Part shown: positions 26,927 through 35,426 of the stretch, in pieces
Numbering within the stretch: the first letter of the stretch is position 1
Layout: the number at the start of each line of letters is the position of its first letter
Assembly: GCA_964631295.1 (NCBI GenBank)
Contig: CAZVXI010000001.1
Location: forward strand, 1 to 43,799
Source of the DNA: an uncultured Isosphaeraceae bacterium
GTDB taxonomy: Bacteria > Planctomycetota > Phycisphaerae > Phycisphaerales > SM1A02
Length of the DNA: 43,799 nt
Reading direction: 5' to 3'
The notes under the pieces: model-generated
Database searches by the model: none
Told to the model about the DNA's origin: nothing
Seen by the model: only the letters and a program-made list of their open reading frames with translations
Program-made: the position numbers and the translations under genes

Positions 26927-26972
26927 TTCAGAAACTCAAAACGGGTCGAGCGGCTTTCGCCACCCGGCCCGT
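26927..26972 (-). terminator. Rho-independent terminator of gene 26987-29656
   Basis: Positions 26941-26972 form a 14-position stem (11 Watson-Crick pairs, 1 GU, 2 mismatches) around a TTTC/GAAA loop. On the minus strand it is followed by TTTGAGTTTCTG. It begins 15 nt after the TAA at 26987-26989. Confidence 0.65.
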
Positions 26973-26986
26973 ACGAGACATTCACT

Positions 26987-29656
26987 TTATTGACCGCGCT
27001 CCTCAGCCGGAAGCAATCGCTCATACTTGATCACCGCGTCTTGTCGGCCCATGCCGATCAACTCGCGGCCAGCCTTCGCAACCGCCAGCTCACCGTTGAT
27101 CGTCAGCTCACGCATGGCCACACCCAGCAGAGCAGCATCCACTGTTTCGGCACCGAGGATCAGATCACATCCAACGGAAGCAACGCCATCGATCCTGGCC
27201 TTGCCAACGAACGTCTGGAGGTTCGCCAGCAGGAAGTTGTTCGGCCACTGGTAACTGGACAGCAGCGACTGATCCCAGCACGTCAGGCATCGCGTCGTGC
27301 CCGAGAACTTCGTCTCGTTCATGTTCCAAATCTGGAACACGGCTCGCGTCGACAACGGACCAGCCGAGTTCATCGAGAAATCTGCATCGACGACATGCAG
27401 TGTGAGATCATTGCTTGACACAACCTGCTGGCCGGGCTTGCTGTACCCGAGCGAGCCGACGGCATCGAAGTTGAACTGCAACTGGTCGTACGCCTGTGCG
27501 TACTCGAAACCGTTGAGGTTCAACGTTCCAGGCTCACCAATCACGTCACCGTGCGCACCGGCAGTCGAAATCGCTCGCGCTGAATACGCGTTGTATTCCC
27601 AGGCGCTGCCGTGTGCGTAGTCAACGACTGTCGCGTTGGCAGCAAGGTGATTCCACCGAATCTGCTCGTTGTCCGCACTGACTGCGAAGGCGATGATGAA
27701 GCCCCGAAGAACACGCTCACCCGGACGTTCCGGATCGGGTCGACCAGGCAACACACCTGGATCGAGAACCGTGAACGGTGACACACCTTTGGGGTTGCCT
27801 GTGAGCACCGACCAGTATGCCGGCTCGTTGCCGGTCAACGTGATTTCGTTGTCAACCCAGTTCCATCCGGGGTGTTCGCGTTCATCAATCGTCGCGGGCG
27901 TCGGTTCATCACCATTCACGAAGAACATCTGCACGCGGACATCTTCGGGATAGTCGTTGGTCAGTGCGACAAACGTATCCTGCAGGATGTTGCCTTGGTT
28001 GTCCCAGCGCAGTTCAACCTTCGAAAGGATCAGCAGCGAGCCTTTTTGCGTTCCGATACGCAGCTCAGGTGCCGGGCAGGCATCGCCAATACCATCTCCA
28101 TCTGAATCTTCCTGACCAGGGTTGGGCTCGAAGACGCAGTTGTCTTCACAATCGAGCACGCCGTCACCATCCGTGTCGGTATCTTCATCGCCACAGCCAC
28201 AGACGCCAGGATCAATCTTGTTCGGATCATCCGGGCAGCCGTCGTTGCAATCTGCTACGCCGTCACCATCAGTGTCCGTGTCGGGCACGCCACAACCGCA
28301 GTCGCCAGGCTCGAGTTTGTCCGGATCGTTCGGGCAGTCGTCGTTGCAGTCTGCTACGCCGTCGCCGTCAGTATCCGTGTCGGGCACGCCGCAGCCGCAG
28401 TCACCGGGCTCGACTTTGTCCGGATCGTTGGGGCAGTCGTCGTTGCAGTCTGCTACGCCGTCACCATCAGTATCCGTGTCGGGCACGCCACAACCGCAGT
28501 CACCGGGCTCGACTTTGTCCGGATCGTTGGGGCAGTCGTCGTTGCAGTCTGCTACGCCGTCACCATCGGTATCTGTGTCAGGATTGCCGCACCCGCACTG
28601 GCCGGGCGCGATCTTGTCCGGATCATCCGGGCACAAGTCGTCACAGTCGAGTGTTCCGTCACCGTCACTGTCGATGTCCGGCGCGCCGCAACCGCAGACG
28701 CCAGGGTCAACCTTGTTTGGGTCATCTGGGCAGCCATCAACGCAATCCGCTACGCCGTCACCATCGGTATCTGTGTCAGGATTGCCGCACCCGCACTGGC
28801 CGGGCGCGATCTTGTCCGGATCATCCGGGCAACCGTCGTTACAGTCTGCAACGCCATCGCCATCAGAATCGATATCCGGCTCACCACATCCACATTCTCC
28901 CGGTTCGAATTTCTCCGGATCAAACGGGCAGCCATCACAGACATCGCCGAAGCCGTCGCCATCGGAATCCAACTGATCCGCGTTTGAGTCGTTCGGGCAG
29001 TTATCGCACGGCGCTTCGATGCCGTCGTTATCTGCATCGCCAAGGCATCTGGTTCCATCACCGCGATACGTGCCGCCGAGATTCGCGCAGTCGCTCTCGG
29101 TCGCATCTGTGCAAGTACCATCGTCGAAGCAGCACGCGCCGAGATTGCATTCAACTTCCGCGCAGGAGTCAAACTCATCACCAAAGTATGTGCCGCCTGC
29201 CGCAAGACAGTCGTCCTCGGTCAGGAGTTCGCAGTTGCCTGCGCTGATACAGCACGGCCCCTCTTCATCCGGGCAGGTGAATGGCTCGCAGATGGTGCCG
29301 TCGCCAAAGTACAAACCGCCCTGGGCGTCGCATTCGTCTTCAGTCGTCAGCTCGCAGGGAAGGTCCGGAACGCAGCACGCGCCAAGTGGCAGGCCTGCAC
29401 AGTTCACGTCCTCACAAGCAGTGAAGCTCCCCTGGTACTCGCCGCCGGCCTCGAAGCACTCGCTGAGCGTCATGACTTCGCAGGAGCCATCTTCGAAACA
29501 ACAGGCGCCTTCTGGCGCCGTCGAGAAGGCAGCGAGCACACCGACCTGCATCCATGCCTCGCCTCTGGCTTGAGCCACTGCAAAGCATTGCACGAACACA
29601 AGCGCACTCACCAGCGCAAAGACACCCCGAAAGTTTTTGTACATCATCTCCGCCAT
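26987..29656 (-). CDS. Secreted protein: Cys-rich GACC repeats, a thrombospondin type-3-like calcium-binding repeat array, then the shared A-B module
   Basis: Signal peptide (MAEMMYKNFRGVFALVSALVFVQCFAVAQA); the start is either ATG 29656 or ATG 29647. Four GACCFEDGSCEVMTLSECFEAGGEYQG..C-type repeats, about 9 TSP3-like units and the A-B module at 26987-28048 (QKGSLLILSKVELRW...TVLDP / GVLPGRPDPERPGERV...WNMNETKFSGTTRCLTCWDQ...GKARIDGVAS). Confidence 0.9.
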   Translation of the reverse strand: MAEMMYKNFRGVFALVSALVFVQCFAVAQARGEAWMQVGVLAAFSTAPEGACCFEDGSCEVMTLSECFEAGGEYQGSFTACEDVNCAGLPLGACCVPDLPCELTTEDECDAQGGLYFGDGTICEPFTCPDEEGPCCISAGNCELLTEDDCLAAGGTYFGDEFDSCAEVECNLGACCFDDGTCTDATESDCANLGGTYRGDGTRCLGDADNDGIEAPCDNCPNDSNADQLDSDGDGFGDVCDGCPFDPEKFEPGECGCGEPDIDSDGDGVADCNDGCPDDPDKIAPGQCGCGNPDTDTDGDGVADCVDGCPDDPNKVDPGVCGCGAPDIDSDGDGTLDCDDLCPDDPDKIAPGQCGCGNPDTDTDGDGVADCNDDCPNDPDKVEPGDCGCGVPDTDTDGDGVADCNDDCPNDPDKVEPGDCGCGVPDTDTDGDGVADCNDDCPNDPDKLEPGDCGCGVPDTDTDGDGVADCNDGCPDDPNKIDPGVCGCGDEDTDTDGDGVLDCEDNCVFEPNPGQEDSDGDGIGDACPAPELRIGTQKGSLLILSKVELRWDNQGNILQDTFVALTNDYPEDVRVQMFFVNGDEPTPATIDEREHPGWNWVDNEITLTGNEPAYWSVLTGNPKGVSPFTVLDPGVLPGRPDPERPGERVLRGFIIAFAVSADNEQIRWNHLAANATVVDYAHGSAWEYNAYSARAISTAGAHGDVIGEPGTLNLNGFEYAQAYDQLQFNFDAVGSLGYSKPGQQVVSSNDLTLHVVDADFSMNSAGPLSTRAVFQIWNMNETKFSGTTRCLTCWDQSLLSSYQWPNNFLLANLQTFVGKARIDGVASVGCDLILGAETVDAALLGVAMRELTINGELAVAKAGRELIGMGRQDAVIKYERLLPAEERGQ
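28075..29045 (-). repeat. About 9 tandem 99-bp coding repeats (33 aa): PDTDTDGDGVADCNDDCPNDPDKVEPGDCGCGV (TSP3-like)
   Basis: D-x-D-x-DGDG-x-x-DC-x-D-x-CP-x-DP acidic calcium-loop pattern, each unit closed by PG.CGCG. Three central units are identical or nearly identical at the protein level. The 33-aa periodicity is also visible in the antisense shadow ORF 28122-28976. Confidence 0.9.
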
Positions 29657-29750
29657 CCTTCGCCCCCGCGAAGATCAGGCCTCCAACCCGACCGCCGCGG
29701 AGGATGTTTCGCTCATTATGACAGAGCGTAAGTCCTGAAAGCAATAGTAT

Positions 29751-30845
29751 TTATGGACAAATCAGCCCCCAATTCGAGAGTACCTCAAGCAAGTCGGCAA
29801 GATTCACGACATTATCGGAGTTCGAATCCCCCGGACACGGCGCTGTGGGTTCGCAGCCTGCCTGGAGTTCGTAGCACCCCATGTCCACGACGAGGCCAAG
29901 AGAGGCAACGCCGCTATCCACAGTTGCCGGATCATTCACCCCTCGAGGTTCACCACCCACATCCTCAAGGAACGAATCGATCAACTGCGAGTTCGCTGCA
30001 TCGATGCATGGCGAACCGGCGTTCAATCGCAGGTTTGCCCCGCTGACAAAGTCCGGATCAGCATCGATGTTTCCGTTTCCCGGAGCACCGCCGGTACCCT
30101 GAATGTTGCTGTAACTGGCTGAAAGAGTCGGTTCCTGGAGATTGCCCGGATTCTGGTCGTTGAGCACGACGCCACCGCCGGCGTTGTCCCAGACGATACA
30201 GTTACTCAATGTCACACCTGAGAGATCGTCGTTCACGTGCACGCCCCCACCAGAGGAAGCGATGTTGTTCGCGATGGTGCAGTTGATCAGAGTCAATGCA
30301 CCGAACGAGATCGACACCCCGCCGCCGTTACCGGTCGCCACGTTATTCGTGATTTCACAGTTGAGAATCCGCGCACCGATCGCACTGGCCGCAGAGATAC
30401 CGCCGCCGACTGTCGCGATGTTGTCGGTGATGATGCAGTTCTGGACAGTAATGCCGGCATTACTAATGAACACGCCGCCGCCTGGTCCATCGGCACCCCG
30501 CGTGACCTGCCCGCCCGTCCCACCCGTGACGGTGAACCCGTCAAGGAAGGTCGAGTTGGCGTTCTGAATCCCGTCAACGACCACGGCTGCTCCAGCACCA
30601 GCGGCGTCAATCGTCGTCAGCGTCGGGCCTGCCGTCGCAACAATACGCAGGTTCAGATTCTCGAAGTTCAGCGGGCCGTATGTACCAGGTCCGACAAAAA
30701 TCGTATCGCCCCCACTTGCCATCGTGTCGATCACTTCCTGGATCGTGGCAGCATCACCGGGAACAAACCAGTCCGCAGCCCGTGCTTGGGACGCTGCAAT
30801 AAGCGCGCACGAGCCAACGAACGCGACAGACATCTTGCGATTCAT
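29751..30845 (-). CDS. Secreted right-handed parallel beta-helix repeat protein with one dockerin-like C-terminal segment
   Basis: The ATG at 30845 is preceded by GGAGAAAGG. Signal peptide MNRKMSVAFVGSCALIAASQARA. Beta-helix rungs (GGGVFISNAGITVQNCIITDNIATVGGGISA...NCEITNNVATGNGGGVSI...NCTIANNIASSGGGVHV). C-terminus CPGDSNSDNVVNLADLLEVLSNWGLICP. Confidence 0.85.
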   Translation of the reverse strand: MNRKMSVAFVGSCALIAASQARAADWFVPGDAATIQEVIDTMASGGDTIFVGPGTYGPLNFENLNLRIVATAGPTLTTIDAAGAGAAVVVDGIQNANSTFLDGFTVTGGTGGQVTRGADGPGGGVFISNAGITVQNCIITDNIATVGGGISAASAIGARILNCEITNNVATGNGGGVSISFGALTLINCTIANNIASSGGGVHVNDDLSGVTLSNCIVWDNAGGGVVLNDQNPGNLQEPTLSASYSNIQGTGGAPGNGNIDADPDFVSGANLRLNAGSPCIDAANSQLIDSFLEDVGGEPRGVNDPATVDSGVASLGLVVDMGCYELQAGCEPTAPCPGDSNSDNVVNLADLLEVLSNWGLICP

Positions 30846-30911
30846 GGGTAACACCTTTCTCCTGCAACCTCCGCGCGATCCCCTCAGATCGCCACGTGAT
30901 GCCACTTTCTT

Positions 30912-32255
30912 TTACTCTGTTTTCGCAGCAGTTGTAGTCTCGGTTCGCTGATTTCTGCTGGTCGTCCAAACAATCAGCTTTTCTTCAAGCACTGGCTTCG
31001 GCGGATCCGTTGACTGTTCGACCATAAGCCCGGTCCCGACGGCAAAATCGAAGAGTCCATCGCCGTTCACATCACCAAAACCAACGCCGGCCATGCCAGA
31101 CAATCCACGTTCGGGTAGGCCGCAATCTCTCTGGAACTCCCAGTTTCTCCCGCTTCCATCGCCAAGCAGCGCGTACACGCCCCGGATGTAGCCACTCTCG
31201 ATTTCAAGCCTTCCCGTGACAATCAGATCGAGGTTGCCGTCGTTATTGAGATCGCCAAGCGCGAGCCCTTGCGCACCGCCGTTCATCTCCTCAAAGACAT
31301 TGTCGGCCGCTTCCCATGTCCCATCCTCGGCCTGAAGAAAGACCTCCGGACCATCAATCCAGTTCGCAACGGCGATGTCCGGGCGACGATCGTTGTTGAC
31401 GTCGCCAACATCAAGACCGTGAAACAAGCCTCCGAGCATTGGAGTCGGCAAGCCGCGTGAGGCTGGCTCCCAATATCCTTCGCCATCGTTCAACCACACA
31501 CGGAGACCTTCCGAGTGCGAGGCAACCAAGTCCAGCACCCCGTCGCCGTTCATGTCATGCAGGATGACACGATTCGCCCAGGTCTTATCCGCAGGCAGAC
31601 CTCGAGAAACACGCTCCCAGTTCAAGCCGCTTCCATCATTGATATAGCAGTTGATTCCGCCCTCATCACTCGATCCAGCCACGATGTCGATGTCGCCATC
31701 GCCGTCAATGTCGCCAACGGCAAGATCCTCAGCTCCCATCCAGATGCGCTTCTTGTAATCCTGCAACTCCAGTGTCATGTCCTCCGGATGCATCTGCGCA
31801 ACAACCTGATCCCAGTTGCCAAGCCCATCCCCGAGATACACATACACACCGTTGCAGTGGTCTGCGACGACAAGGTCGGCATGCCCGTCGCCATTGACGT
31901 CAGCAGCTTCGATTCCGCCTCCGCACGAGTTGTCCTGAAGGACGAGCCCGTTGAAGGCTTCCGTCCACTCGCCTCGCCCGTCGCCAAGCCAGACGCGCGG
32001 TCCATGACCCAGACGCGGGATTGCCAGCAGGTCGAGATGACCGTCTGCATTGACATCCCGGAACGCTGGATCGCACTTCCACATCCCTTCTGTCGGAAGA
32101 CCGACCGAGGCGAGTTGGAACGAAACCTGCGCCGCCTTGTGTTGCGCTGCGGCGACTTCTGGCTGCGCGGGTGGCGTGTTCTTCGAAGTCTGGCTCTCGC
32201 ATCCCACCATACTTACGCATGCTGCCGCAACTGAGAGACTCATGACATGCTTCAT
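30912..32255 (-). CDS. FG-GAP/VCBS repeat lipoprotein
   Basis: MKHVMSLSVAAACVSMVGC lipobox. Repeated DVNADGHLDL, DVNGDGHADLVV, DIDGDGDIDIV, DMNGDGVLDLV, DVNNDRRPDI, DLNNDGNLDLIV and DVNGDGLFDF calcium-loop motifs. The start overlaps the upstream stop (ATGA). Confidence 0.85.
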   Translation of the reverse strand: MKHVMSLSVAAACVSMVGCESQTSKNTPPAQPEVAAAQHKAAQVSFQLASVGLPTEGMWKCDPAFRDVNADGHLDLLAIPRLGHGPRVWLGDGRGEWTEAFNGLVLQDNSCGGGIEAADVNGDGHADLVVADHCNGVYVYLGDGLGNWDQVVAQMHPEDMTLELQDYKKRIWMGAEDLAVGDIDGDGDIDIVAGSSDEGGINCYINDGSGLNWERVSRGLPADKTWANRVILHDMNGDGVLDLVASHSEGLRVWLNDGEGYWEPASRGLPTPMLGGLFHGLDVGDVNNDRRPDIAVANWIDGPEVFLQAEDGTWEAADNVFEEMNGGAQGLALGDLNNDGNLDLIVTGRLEIESGYIRGVYALLGDGSGRNWEFQRDCGLPERGLSGMAGVGFGDVNGDGLFDFAVGTGLMVEQSTDPPKPVLEEKLIVWTTSRNQRTETTTAAKTE

Positions 32256-33187
32256 TGCTGATCTGCTCCGTTCTGTTCGGCAGTCGCCGGATTATGCAGG
32301 ACCCACTCACCATTCTCCCGAATCCATCGTTCGATGACGAGCGTTGTCTTTGGCTGCATCTTTTGCAGACTCGGGTCATTGTACTTGAACTGCACGAACG
32401 CACCAATACGGCCGGCATCGTCGATTACTTCCACCCATTCCACCCGGCACTGTACGAAAATGAGCAGGTCCTGGGCGTCAGCAAACTGCTGCGCAGTCGT
32501 CGTCGATTTCGACTCACTCGACATCATGTCGAACAACTTGGCCCACTCGCGATCGTGCCGGTACTGCCAGCTCTTTTCAAATCGCTCGGCGAGTTCAGTT
32601 TCTGCGTCAATATCGCGGATCGCCGGCGTTTGCGGGAGGTTCCCCGCGGTTGGAGAGTTCACTGGCAGCCAGCGGTCTTCTATATGCATCCACGGCTCCC
32701 AGACACGCGTGTCACGCGGCGGGACGCTTGGCATGCGGCGCATCGCAACGCTCTGTTGAACCTCAACCCAACCAATCTGGCCCTGCGCGTAGACCTCGCC
32801 GATCTCAAAGGACTCCCACTTGAACGGTTCGTTCGCCTCGGACCATTCGATGTAGGCATCCATCGTGTTGGCTTCCTGGAAGTCGGCCCGCTGGAACTCA
32901 TACATGGAAGCAAAGTCGTCTGCGATGCGGGCTTGCCAGAGGCGGTCTGCGGCTGCTGCGAGCGCATCAGCACGATCGCCCGTGTTCGAGGGCGGCTCCG
33001 TGTTGACGAAGGTGATGGACTGCTCTTCGACCTCTGACTTCACGTCGCTCACCGCCACACTCGCATTGCTGTCACTGTCCGCACCATTCTGATCGCACGC
33101 TGGCAATGCCAACAGACATCCGATCAGGATGAGCGATGATGCCACGCCACGCCCGGGCGCGAGAACAAGCCGAATATCTTCTGCCAT
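32252..33187 (-). CDS. Hypothetical lipoprotein, first gene of a three-gene operon
   Basis: The ATG at 33187 is preceded by GGGAGGA (9 nt spacer). MAEDIRLVLAPGRGVASSLILIGCLLALPAC has a lipobox. ORF 32252-33220 also offers earlier ATGs. No recognisable domain. Translationally coupled to 30912-32255. Confidence 0.65.
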   Translation of the reverse strand: MAEDIRLVLAPGRGVASSLILIGCLLALPACDQNGADSDSNASVAVSDVKSEVEEQSITFVNTEPPSNTGDRADALAAAADRLWQARIADDFASMYEFQRADFQEANTMDAYIEWSEANEPFKWESFEIGEVYAQGQIGWVEVQQSVAMRRMPSVPPRDTRVWEPWMHIEDRWLPVNSPTAGNLPQTPAIRDIDAETELAERFEKSWQYRHDREWAKLFDMMSSESKSTTTAQQFADAQDLLIFVQCRVEWVEVIDDAGRIGAFVQFKYNDPSLQKMQPKTTLVIERWIRENGEWVLHNPATAEQNGADQQ

Positions 33188-33339
33188 TGTGGGGAATCCT
33201 CCCATTGGGTTCTTCCACATTCTGTATGCAGAACGCAGACAACCAAGCGATCTTGCGGAAAACTCGCGGAACTGGCCGCTGCGACGTCCGGAAATCCGGC
33301 CTGCGCGAGTCGTTCCTGAGGTGGCAATATGGGAAACTG

Positions 33340-33386
33340 CACAGCATCAATTAGAACAGGGGCAACGAGCGAACTCGCTGCCCCTG
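33340..33386 (-). terminator. Terminator of the stand-alone module gene
   Basis: Positions 33357-33386 form a 12-bp stem with one mismatch around a CGAA/TTCG loop. The minus strand continues TTCTAATTGATG. It begins 37 nt after the stop at 33424. Confidence 0.6.
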
Positions 33387-33423
33387 TGTCAGGTCACGCT
33401 TGGGTCAGAGACCCGTATCGCGA

Positions 33424-34587
33424 TTAGCGACCACGACGCGGACGGATTGCGTCGACGATTTCATCCGGACCACCCGCGAGGGCGTCGTACTGGATGGTGG
33501 CCGACTCAACACCCATACCGACCAGGTTCGAGCCTGCAGCTGAGAGACCAGCTTCCATGACGATGAGCTTGTGGGAGATGCCGAGCATCGGCAGAGCTTC
33601 CGACGTCAGGAAGTCGTCACATTCGAAGGCAGCGGTGCCATCGATGCGAGCCTTGCCAGCCGCGGTCTGAATGTTCTGCAGAAGGAAGTTGTTCGGGATG
33701 AACGCGTTATCTGCATACTGGCTCAGCGGGGTCTGGTCCCAGCAGGTGATGCAACGGCGGGTGTTCGAGAACTTGGTCTCGTTCATGTTCCACACGTTGA
33801 TCGTGGCCTTCGTGCGTCGGGGGATGCCGTCCATACGGAGGTCGGCGTCGACGAGGTGAAGGGTCAGGTCGGTGTCAACAACGATCGCACCCGTCGGCGG
33901 GAACAGTTGGCTGACGAGCGGGGCACCCGGGGCAAAGAAGTTGAGCAGCAGTTCGTTGTACGGCTGCGCGTAACCCTGGGCGGTACCGTCCATGTTGATG
34001 GTGCCATCAGCAGCGACTGCGGCACCGTGGGGCACACCGCTACCGACCTGCGACGACCATGCGTTGTACTCGTAGGAAGTACCAAGCTGGTAGTTCACAG
34101 TCATGCCGCTACCACTGAGGTGGTTCCAGCGGATGGGCAGGTTGTCGAAGTCGACAGCCCATGCCATGGCATAGCCACGGTACACGAGGTTGCCGAAATC
34201 GTCGACGATCGGCGGGCCAGCGGAGCTGAACGGAGAGACGTTGCCCGAACCCACGCCGTCACCTGCCGGGTTGCCGTTGTGCGACGACCAGAAGATGGGC
34301 TGGTTTGCGGTCAGCGTGATCTGCGTGTCCACGTTGGTCCACGAGTCGCCATTGATGAAGTAAAGCTGAACGTCAACGTCTTCGTTGAAGTCGTTGGTCA
34401 GCGACAGGAACGTGTCCTGAATGACCTGACCAAACGGGTCCACGATGACTTCAATCTTCGAGAAGATAACGAGACTGCCCTTCTCGGAAGAGCTGACACG
34501 ATCCTGTTCGGCGTTTGCCGAAGCGGGCATGAGCATTGTGGCTGCGATGCCGCAAGCTGCGATGCCAAGAACTGATTTCTTATTCAT
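33424..34587 (-). CDS. Stand-alone copy of the shared A-B module (signal peptide plus module only, 387 aa)
   Basis: ATG at 34587. Signal peptide MNKKSVLGIAACGIAATMLMPASANA, then directly SSSEKGSLVIFSKIEVIV...TNDFNEDVDVQLYFINGD...IRWNHLSGSGMTVNY...WNMNETKFSNTRRCITCWDQ...GKARIDGTAAFEC...NLVGMG...PDEIV. It lacks the LPGRPDPERPGE loop found at the A/B junction of the other copies. Confidence 0.85.
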   Translation of the reverse strand: MNKKSVLGIAACGIAATMLMPASANAEQDRVSSSEKGSLVIFSKIEVIVDPFGQVIQDTFLSLTNDFNEDVDVQLYFINGDSWTNVDTQITLTANQPIFWSSHNGNPAGDGVGSGNVSPFSSAGPPIVDDFGNLVYRGYAMAWAVDFDNLPIRWNHLSGSGMTVNYQLGTSYEYNAWSSQVGSGVPHGAAVAADGTINMDGTAQGYAQPYNELLLNFFAPGAPLVSQLFPPTGAIVVDTDLTLHLVDADLRMDGIPRRTKATINVWNMNETKFSNTRRCITCWDQTPLSQYADNAFIPNNFLLQNIQTAAGKARIDGTAAFECDDFLTSEALPMLGISHKLIVMEAGLSAAGSNLVGMGVESATIQYDALAGGPDEIVDAIRPRRGR

Positions 34588-35346
34588 TTGATTTCCATCC
34601 CTATCAAGAAACAAATGGGAACTCCAAGTTGTGAAACTGAGCCACGCACCCAGCTTCAAGAAACACGAAACAATCAAGCTCAGCCGTCCCCACCCCCTTT
34701 CCTTGCACTGCTCATCCGGTCATTCTTCCTTCACGGGCATGAGTTTGTTTCAGCCAGGCTCGATGCCTGGCAAAGATTCGTTCGCGCCGAACGCACAGAT
34801 GCTGAACGGCATTGTACTCAGATGGAACACCAATGGTGCGCAGACTCGGATATGAAAGGACCACGCGGTTCGTTCATCGAATGGCGGGAATGCCATTCTC
34901 CCCTAGCAAAGCGCCATAGTGCGCCATCATCCTCCATCGCCAATCAACATTGGCCTGTGCCTCTCGGCAACCCTCCTGTCACCTCCACCGGCGTTGCCTT
35001 CAATGGCTGAACACCAGTAGTACCTGAATCCGGCGCGGGCTGTCAACAGATCGCGTCGAAAAAGTCCACCCGCCGCAGGTTGACCTGCCGCACCATCATA
35101 CAGGGGGAACTCTGTGGATAAACCCCGTTTACACAGATATTTGCCAGCATAATCGGTTTTTTGCACGACTTCGTCCGAGAACGCCAAATCCCAACCATCT
35201 GCACACAAAAGTGGGTAATGCGGGCCGAGGAGGCAACGCCGAAGTCATTGCCAGAACGGCATCGATCTCATCGATGGCGCTCGAATATGTGCTGTCAATG
35301 CAGCACCGATTGGAAGGATGGGAAGAATGGGGAAACAGGGAGATTC

Positions 35347-35393
35347 TCAGTGCGCAAAAGCAACAGCGGCAGCCCCAATCAGGACTGCCGCTG
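35347..35393 (-). terminator. Rho-independent terminator of the fibro-slime gene
   Basis: CAGCGGCAG (35364-35372) pairs with CTGCCGCTG (35385-35393), a 9-bp stem. On the minus strand it is followed by TTGCTTTTGCGC. It begins 34 nt after the stop at 35427. Confidence 0.7.
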
Positions 35394-35426
35394 CATCAAA
35401 TCGATTCGGCTGTGACCGAAGTCAGA

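Noticed and set aside
29658-29673. Hairpin CTTCGC-CCCC-GCGAAG immediately upstream of the ATG at 29656. Possible RBS-sequestering structure.
   Set aside because: The stem is only 6 bp, and the true start (29656 versus 29647) is unresolved. It could equally be chance in GC-rich DNA.
29820-29830. An 11-nt match (GTTCGAATCCC) to the T-arm of tRNA-Gly (17236-17246), which could be an att-type direct repeat bounding an integrated element.
   Set aside because: It is too short to be significant. It lies inside the dockerin-like coding segment (GDSNSDN), and no integrase or recombinase gene lies between the two copies.
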